Origin: Minisyncoccota bacterium
GTDB taxonomy: Bacteria; Patescibacteriota; Minisyncoccia; Minisyncoccales; JAGOPM01
Assembly (NCBI GenBank): GCA_041651395.1
Contig: JBAZJI010000001.1
Location: forward strand, 699,920 to 763,919
Reading direction: 5' to 3'
Length of the DNA: 64,000 nt
Below the pieces are notes generated by a model. The model did not search any database. It saw nothing but the letters and a program-made list of their open reading frames with translations, and was not told the DNA's origin. Below are positions 25,999-31,711 of this stretch, one piece after another; position 1 is the stretch's first letter, and each line of letters starts with the position of its first letter. The position numbers were made by a program, and so were the translations under genes.

Positions 25999-26050
25999 CA
26001 AATCCAAAGCCCAAATTTCAAATATTAAATCAAAAAAACAAATTTCAAAA
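25999..26050 (-). repeat. AT-rich TTTGAAAT intergenic repeat, copy 2 (inverted)
   Basis: Reverse complement ttttgaaatttgtttttttgatttaatatttgaaatttgggctttggatttg aligns to 22044-22095. Confidence 0.7.
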
Positions 26051-26058
26051 CATTTTTT

Positions 26059-26077
26059 GGATTTTGAAATTGATTTG
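26059..26077 (+). repeat. 19-nt exact repeat GGATTTTGAAATTGATTTG, copy 2
   Basis: Identical to 15259-15277. Lies upstream of rnj and forms an AT-rich inverted repeat with 26041-26050. Confidence 0.8.
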
Positions 26078-26124
26078 AAATAATTTGAATTTTGTCATTG
26101 GGATTTTTGTAACCAAATTTTATT

Positions 26125-28254
26125 ATGGATCACTTAGACCAATTTCTGGATTCTCTATCCAGCAATCAATCTGCCCAAGGGCCCAAAGGCGCCCGCAGGC
26201 AAAAACAAAACGATCGACCAATCGTGGCTTTTACCAGTTCACCAAAAGAACAGCCTAAAGCCCAAATAACTGCCAGCCCGGCCCCGCAACGCAATGTTCT
26301 AAGCAATAACTTAGTGCCCTTGCGGCCGCGGCCGGCTCGCCCTACTCCCATGGGGGGCATCCCTAGGCAAGCCCGACCCGCCCAACCAACGGCTAATTTG
26401 CGTACCCAAAAAGCGGAAAGGCAAACACTTCCCCCGCTGCCACAAAGCGCCGGCAAACAAAACAATAGGCCAAATAGGCGCGGTAGTTTCAAACAAGGCC
26501 GTTTCCAAAAAAAAGAACAAATGGCGCAAACCAAACCTACGGCGCGTTTTGTCAAACCACAATCAACCACCCTGCCCAATATTGATGGCCAGTTACGCAT
26601 CATCCACTTGGGTGGCTTGGGAGAAATCGGCAAAAACATGTGTCTCTTTGAGTTAGCCGGCAAAATTTTGATTCTTGATGTCGGCTTGATGTTTCCTGAG
26701 GAGAATATGCCCGGCATTGATTGCGTGGTGCCCAACACTGAATATCTCAAAGGCAAGGAACATTTGATCGAGGGCATTTTATTTACCCATGGCCACTTTG
26801 ACCACTTGGGCGGTGTGCCCTATGTTTTGAAAAACTTTTACAAAGCCAGCATCCCGATTTATGCCGGCGGCTTAACGCGCGCCATAATTCTAAAACGCCA
26901 AGAAGAATTCCGCGACCAGCCCAAACTGCATATTGAAACCATTAAAGATGGCATGAGAATAAAACTGGGCCCCTTTGATGTGGAATTTTTCCACCAAGCC
27001 CACACTATTCCGGACAACTTCGGCTTAATTATCAGGACGCCTAATGGCAACATTGTGCATACTTCGGACTTTAAGTTCGATGCTACGCCCATGTATGATA
27101 AGCCCACGGACTTTGAAAAACTAAAAAGATTTGCCCAAGAAAAAACGTGGATCTTGATGTGCGATTCTACCGGCGCCGAAGATGAGGGCCATTCCCTGTC
27201 GGAGAAAACCATTATGGAAAATCTGGACCAGATTATTGGCCAAGCCAAGGGGCGCGTAATTGCCAGCTCTTTTGGCTCGCTCATCAACCGCATCCAGCAA
27301 ATTATTTCCATTTCCGAAAAATACGGCCGCTATGTGGCTGTAGATGGCGCCACTATTAAAAGCAATTTGGAAATTTGCCGCAATTTGGGACTTATGAAAA
27401 CCCAAAAAGGCACCATCATCTCCCCTAAGCAGATTGAAAACTACCCTGATAATAAAGTTACCTTAGTGTGCACTGGCGCCCAGGGTGAACAGCAAGCTGT
27501 TTTGATGCGCATTGCTTCGGGCGAATATCCTTCGCTCAAACTTAAGAAAAATGACACGGTAATTTTTTCTTCCTCGGTAGTGCCGGGAAACGAACGTTCC
27601 GTGCAAAATGTCAAAGACGAATTCTACCGCCAAGGCGCCAATGTTTTCCATTATAAGATGATGGATATACACGCCTCCGGACACGCCAGGCGCGAAGAAT
27701 TAAAACAGATGGTTGAGATCTTCAAGCCAAAATTCTTCTTCCCAGTGCATGGACAATTTTCCATGTTGGTAAACAACTCTTTGCTAGCGCAATCAACTGG
27801 TATACCTGAACAAAATACTATTATTGCCGAAAACGGCAAAATCGTTTCCTTTGGCAAAGACTCTTTCCATATTGAGCAAAAAGAAGTGCCCTCCAACTAT
27901 ATTATGGTTGATGGCTTGGGCGTGGGCGATATCGGCGAAGTGGTTTTGCGCGATAGGCAAACACTTTCCGAAGACGGCATTTTCGTGGTCATCTCCATTA
28001 TTGATTCTCGCACGGGCAAAATGGTTAACTCTCCGGATATAATTTCGCGCGGCTTTATTTATCTGCGCGAGAGCAAGGATCTGCTTTCCGAAGCCCGTAA
28101 AAAGGTCACTCATATTATTGGCCGCAGCACGCAAGGCGGAGGTATGGTTAATTGGAATCATATCAAAAACGATATTCGCGATGAGGTTGGAGAGTTCCTT
28201 TTCCGCAAAACGCAGAGAAGGCCCATGGTCTTGCCAGTAATAATTGAAGTGTAA
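26125..28254 (+). CDS. rnj: Ribonuclease J with about 130-150-aa N-terminal basic low-complexity extension
   Basis: LRIIHLGGLGEIGKNM, HGHFDHLGG, beta-CASP HASGHA and the C-terminal domain. An alternative start at ATG 26521 would remove the P/Q/R/K-rich extension. Confidence 0.9.
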   Translation: MDHLDQFLDSLSSNQSAQGPKGARRQKQNDRPIVAFTSSPKEQPKAQITASPAPQRNVLSNNLVPLRPRPARPTPMGGIPRQARPAQPTANLRTQKAERQTLPPLPQSAGKQNNRPNRRGSFKQGRFQKKEQMAQTKPTARFVKPQSTTLPNIDGQLRIIHLGGLGEIGKNMCLFELAGKILILDVGLMFPEENMPGIDCVVPNTEYLKGKEHLIEGILFTHGHFDHLGGVPYVLKNFYKASIPIYAGGLTRAIILKRQEEFRDQPKLHIETIKDGMRIKLGPFDVEFFHQAHTIPDNFGLIIRTPNGNIVHTSDFKFDATPMYDKPTDFEKLKRFAQEKTWILMCDSTGAEDEGHSLSEKTIMENLDQIIGQAKGRVIASSFGSLINRIQQIISISEKYGRYVAVDGATIKSNLEICRNLGLMKTQKGTIISPKQIENYPDNKVTLVCTGAQGEQQAVLMRIASGEYPSLKLKKNDTVIFSSSVVPGNERSVQNVKDEFYRQGANVFHYKMMDIHASGHARREELKQMVEIFKPKFFFPVHGQFSMLVNNSLLAQSTGIPEQNTIIAENGKIVSFGKDSFHIEQKEVPSNYIMVDGLGVGDIGEVVLRDRQTLSEDGIFVVISIIDSRTGKMVNSPDIISRGFIYLRESKDLLSEARKKVTHIIGRSTQGGGMVNWNHIKNDIRDEVGEFLFRKTQRRPMVLPVIIEV

Positions 28255-28281
28255 AAAATGCCCGCAAGGGCATTTTTTTGT
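28255..28281 (+). terminator. Intrinsic terminator after rnj
   Basis: ATGCCC-gcaa-GGGCAT followed by ttttttt. Confidence 0.8.
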
Positions 28282-28308
28282 TTATCGCACCGAATAAATC
28301 CATTCTCG

Positions 28309-28388
28309 GTCATACCGGCGACAGCTCCTGGACCCCGGCCTCCGCCGGGGTGACGTGGCAAGGGAATGTGGGGGGGTGACAAAGAAAG
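28309..28388 (+). repeat. REP-like composite element, short copy (blocks A', B hairpin, C)
   Basis: gtcataccggcg / agctcctggaCCCCGGCctccGCCGGGGtgac / aatgtggggg..aaagaaag. Homologous to 31436-31545 but missing about 34 nt after block A. Confidence 0.8.
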
Positions 28389-28442
28389 CGTGGTGGCGAC
28401 AAAGAATATGATATATAAAACAAAAAATACTTTATACAAAGA

Positions 28443-28462
28443 GCCGCGTAATGTTACGCGGC
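28443..28462 (-). terminator. Hairpin overlapping the H1 stop codon (possible terminator)
   Basis: GCCGCGTAA-tg-TTACGCGGC palindrome. The T-rich tract is some distance downstream. Confidence 0.35.
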
Positions 28463-29824
28463 TATGGTTTCTTCGCTCGTTGGCGAAGTGATGATGGAAT
28501 TGATTGTGGCGTAGGATTTTAGGTTCCTTTTAGCATCCACGATCTCGGCAATGACCAAGGCAGAATAATCCGCACTCTTGGCGTTCCAGTAAAGATCTAG
28601 GTGATCTGCTGAGACTTTGCGCAAAATCGTCTCAGTTGTTATTGGCGCTATTCTATCGCGAATAACTAATGGCTGTATTCTGTGGATATTAACTGGATTA
28701 TTATTGCCCAAGTTTTGCTCTCCGCCCACATAAACCATGTTTACTCTGCCAATGACCTTACCTTCATAAAATGGCTTAGTCATATCAAAGTCTGCCAGGC
28801 CATCTCCGAATGCCAGCGAGTATTTGCATACGCGCTTTATTGGAAGATTCCTTTCCTTGGCAAGCTTGGCGACCATAAAGCCGACAAAGTTGCTTTTGGA
28901 ATAACCTCTACCCTGATAATATGGGAAGAAGTCAATGCTAGTGCCGCACAAAGAAACATTAACCTGCCCTTTAGCGCCAATAGCTTCTAAAGCTTTTTGG
29001 CATTCTTGGGCAGCTTCCTTTTGCTTGACAAGGCAACGCGGCAAAATTTTCCCATCAGGCCCGCGCCACATTTCTGCGGTCATCATGGCTCTCTTGGTCA
29101 AGGCAATATATCCTATTTTGCCGCTGGCAACATCTTCTGGGCTTAAGACAATGAATTTTTGTTCAGCATCTTTAACCAGTTCCTCGCCAGTTTGCAAAGG
29201 GCTTATGCCATCCCATGGCCTTAACTTGGAATAATCCAAGAAAAGGGCGGAAATAGTTTGGCGCACAGACTCTTGCTTAAGTGGGTTGTTTTCAATGGCT
29301 TCATGGAATTCTTCTTTTCTTTCAAAAAAATCCATGTAGAAGAGGCCGTGTTCAGAACCGATAAAGACCCTATTAGGCTTATCGATTGCTGCTAGAAAAC
29401 CGCATGCTTCCAGGATGCGCAAGGCATAAGCCATGTCGCGCCCCGTGACAAAGACAATGGTTATTCCGCACTGATACGCGAGCTTAAGCGACATTGCCAG
29501 ATACTTTGGTACCTTGTCTTTTTTGGTGAGGGTGCCGTCAATATCCAAGAAAAAACTAATGATCTTGGAGTAAAAAAAACTCGCTGTTATCCCACCAAAC
29601 ACCAGATTAGCTACTCTTTCATTGGCACAGATATTAGCAACTTGAATTGGAACAGCTAGCAGGCAGGCAATAACAAATGCTGCCGCAGTAATCCTCCAAT
29701 TAAACACTAAACCAGGAAGAAGTCCAAGAAGGATAATACCGAATGCAATGTTGGTCAAGATTCTCGTCGTATAACTACGCCTGATTGCGGGTGGCGTAAT
29801 TATTCTCTGGTTTGTACTATCCAT
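28454..29824 (-). CDS. Membrane-anchored HAD-IIB-like phosphatase paralog (H1) with oversized cap insert
   Basis: Two N-terminal TM helices. HAD motif I FFLDIDGT, motif II VFVTGRD, motif IV FGDGLAD. More than 200 aa lie between motifs II and III. AAGGAGG SD. The start overlaps the upstream paralog by 25 nt. Confidence 0.6.
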   Translation of the reverse strand: MDSTNQRIITPPAIRRSYTTRILTNIAFGIILLGLLPGLVFNWRITAAAFVIACLLAVPIQVANICANERVANLVFGGITASFFYSKIISFFLDIDGTLTKKDKVPKYLAMSLKLAYQCGITIVFVTGRDMAYALRILEACGFLAAIDKPNRVFIGSEHGLFYMDFFERKEEFHEAIENNPLKQESVRQTISALFLDYSKLRPWDGISPLQTGEELVKDAEQKFIVLSPEDVASGKIGYIALTKRAMMTAEMWRGPDGKILPRCLVKQKEAAQECQKALEAIGAKGQVNVSLCGTSIDFFPYYQGRGYSKSNFVGFMVAKLAKERNLPIKRVCKYSLAFGDGLADFDMTKPFYEGKVIGRVNMVYVGGEQNLGNNNPVNIHRIQPLVIRDRIAPITTETILRKVSADHLDLYWNAKSADYSALVIAEIVDAKRNLKSYATINSIITSPTSEETIAA

Positions 29825-31203
29825 TCCTGCCTCCTTTTTTCTGCTTCACTTGGCCAACCTGCAATGCTATTGCGATAGGCTAACCGAATTTCTATTGTCC
29901 TATCAGAGAGGCTATTAAGCTCTGCGATGACTTCCTCATCAACAAACTCAAAGCCATTGAAGTATTTTCCAATAAGATTTGTGAGAACGCCGAAAGTATT
30001 GCGCGAACCAAATATTTCCTGCTGATTATCCTGATAATTTATCAGGCTGTAATTGCAGGAAAAAACATTGCTAAGCGCTCTACCCGGTTTGTAGCCTTCA
30101 ATGTCGCCCACATAGGCAAAGGAAATATTTCCCCTTTGCTTTTTGCCAAAATATGGCAGAGACATTGGAAAGTCTGTGGCGCTGTCCCCAAGAATGATGG
30201 ACGTGCTACATACTTGCCAAATGGTTTTGCCAAATCTCTTGGCCAAAAACTCAACAGCAATGCCAGAGGCAATGCTCTTGTCAAAGGCTTTCTTGCCAAA
30301 GTATGGCAGAAAGTCTGTGGCTGAGTAGCAAACATTGATGCTTGCCAGCTTGTGTATCCCTTTTTGGCGGCAAATCTTGGTGATTTGCTTTTGCCCGGCC
30401 TTAGACCACTTCATAGCTCTTCCCTTTTTATCGCGGAAAAGCTCAGCAGTCCTTGCCCTCTCCTTTTTGGGAGAGGTATATGCCCAAGGGCATGGCGGAA
30501 ATACTGGATACGTAGCACTTGGCCTAATAGGCATAAGCACCATATTGCATTCCGCGTCATAGGCGATTTCACAGCCGTCGGGAACTTCATCCCCATCTTT
30601 GTAAGGGATAATGTCCTCGTATTTCCAGAAAAGCGAGGCGATCTTCTGCCTGACAAATTCCTTTGCCAGGAGAGTGTCTTCAAATCCCGGATAATACTGC
30701 GCCTCGCCATCCAAGCCTTCGGTAATCAGCAGTCCATATTCATAGGCAACAAAGACGATTCCCTTGGCACCCTGCACTCTTCTCAAAAAGGCAAGATACT
30801 TCAGACCCCAAGCATGGTCGCGCCCAGTGATAAATACAAGGTTGATCCCTACCCTCAATAAAAGGATAAGGATTGCCTGCATATACCAGGGCACCACATC
30901 ATTTTCCGTAATTGTCATATCAATGTCGAAAAACAATGTTTTCAATAAGCTTGGCATCCTATCATGAAGAGTAACTCCAGCTGTTTGCCACTCGTAAGTC
31001 TGGACACACATTTTCAGGATAAACCGGAAAATGAGGTAACCCGCAGTGGCAACTGCACACCAAAGCCCGATTGTTTGAAGCAGGAAAGGTTCCTTGATGG
31101 TCATTCCGGCAATTATTAGGCCGAAAAAACCAATAGCAAAGGAGAACCTGATCCAGTTCTTGTCAAAATCGGTCATTCTGAATAACCACATAATCAATTT
31201 CAT
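29800..31203 (-). CDS. Membrane-anchored HAD-IIB-like phosphatase paralog (H2)
   Basis: Start trimmed to ATG 31203 (AAAGGAGA SD 8 nt upstream). TM helices. FFDIDMT, VFITGRD, LPYFGKK, ILGDSATD. Clearly paralogous to 28454-29824. Confidence 0.6.
   Translation of the reverse strand: MKLIMWLFRMTDFDKNWIRFSFAIGFFGLIIAGMTIKEPFLLQTIGLWCAVATAGYLIFRFILKMCVQTYEWQTAGVTLHDRMPSLLKTLFFDIDMTITENDVVPWYMQAILILLLRVGINLVFITGRDHAWGLKYLAFLRRVQGAKGIVFVAYEYGLLITEGLDGEAQYYPGFEDTLLAKEFVRQKIASLFWKYEDIIPYKDGDEVPDGCEIAYDAECNMVLMPIRPSATYPVFPPCPWAYTSPKKERARTAELFRDKKGRAMKWSKAGQKQITKICRQKGIHKLASINVCYSATDFLPYFGKKAFDKSIASGIAVEFLAKRFGKTIWQVCSTSIILGDSATDFPMSLPYFGKKQRGNISFAYVGDIEGYKPGRALSNVFSCNYSLINYQDNQQEIFGSRNTFGVLTNLIGKYFNGFEFVDEEVIAELNSLSDRTIEIRLAYRNSIAGWPSEAEKRRQEWIVQTRE
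30143..30180 (-). repeat. Intragenic direct repeat in H2, copy with 9-nt insert
   Basis: ttgccaaaatatggcaga-gacattgga-aagtctgtggc, compared with 30293-30321 ttgccaaagtatggcaga-aagtctgtggc. Encodes ATDFPMSLPYFGKK versus ATDFLPYFGKK. Confidence 0.8.
30293..30321 (-). repeat. Intragenic direct repeat in H2, short copy
   Basis: See 30143-30180. One mismatch and a 3-codon indel. Confidence 0.8.
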
Positions 31204-31288
31204 CTCGTATTCTCCTTTCAAGGAACTGGCAATAATGCCTGTTTTTGCTTGGTTTCCCAAGCAGGCAGATTATTGCTTTATACTATTT

Positions 31289-31317
31289 ATTATAGCATAT
31301 TTCAGTCAAAAAATCAA
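31289..31317 (-). promoter_or_regulatory. Sigma70-type promoter for H2-H1
   Basis: Minus strand: TTGATT-N17-TATAAT with TGC extended -10. The 16-mer ttattatagcatattt is identical to 1591-1606. Confidence 0.55.
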
Positions 31318-31391
31318 TAGGCGAAATAGCAACAGAAACAAGCCTTTTTGGCGCTATTTCGCCTTTTATCCTGCAATGGCAGTCAACCATT

Positions 31392-31418
31392 TTGTCATAC
31401 CGGCAAAGGCCGGTATCC
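31392..31418 (+). repeat. REP-like hairpin unit A (extra copy)
   Basis: ttgtcATACCGGCaaaGCCGGTATcc, an 8-bp stem. Same head as the unit at 31436. Confidence 0.75.
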
Positions 31419-31435
31419 ATTCGTAAACCTTTGTT

Positions 31436-31545
31436 TTGTCATACCGGCGGAGGCCGGTGTCCAGAGGATTCTGGCTTGCAAATAGCTCATGGACCCCGGC
31501 TTTCGCCGGGGTGACAAGAAAAAATGTGGGGGTGGCAAGGAAAGA
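31436..31545 (+). repeat. REP-like composite element, long copy (A hairpin, B hairpin, C)
   Basis: ttgtcatACCGGCggaGCCGGTgtcc ... agctcatggaCCCCGGCtttcGCCGGGGtgac ... aaatgtgggggtggcaaggaaag. Its translations give the AGMT/PAKAGV-type pseudo-peptides seen in the ORF track. Confidence 0.8.
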
Positions 31546-31588
31546 CATTGGTCAACAAAAGAAGCAGTCCTTTTACCCCTTACTTCTA

Positions 31589-31618
31589 TTGACATTATGG
31601 TATAATATATGTTATAAT
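31589..31618 (+). promoter_or_regulatory. Sigma70-type promoter for H3
   Basis: TTGACA-N18-TATAAT, leaving about a 90-nt leader with two small hairpins. Confidence 0.5.
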
Positions 31619-31711
31619 TCAGTCAGCACTACCCTGGGCATTAAACACCCAGGAAACAATTTTCCCCTGCCTAAAAACAGGGACAATATAGGAAAGAGAG
31701 AGGTGCTTACA

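Noticed and set aside
25881-26078. A 65-aa ORF overlapping the tRNA region.
   Set aside because: It is explained by tRNA-Leu(CAG) at 25888-25969 and by AT-rich repeats, and it shows no coding features.
28309-31545. The possibility that the repeated GC-rich hairpin blocks are a CRISPR array or its remnants.
   Set aside because: There are only two composite copies (plus one extra hairpin), 3 kb apart, with protein genes between them. There is no regular repeat-spacer periodicity and no cas genes.
31436-31711. The first 92 codons of the 965-aa ORF-track protein (MSYRRRPVSRGFWLANSSWTPAFAGVTRKN...).
   Set aside because: This stretch translates the REP-like hairpin repeats and then a TTGACA-N18-TATAAT promoter. 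A purine-rich ribosome-binding site and ATG at 31712 give a sensible start, so the CDS was trimmed to 31712-34333.
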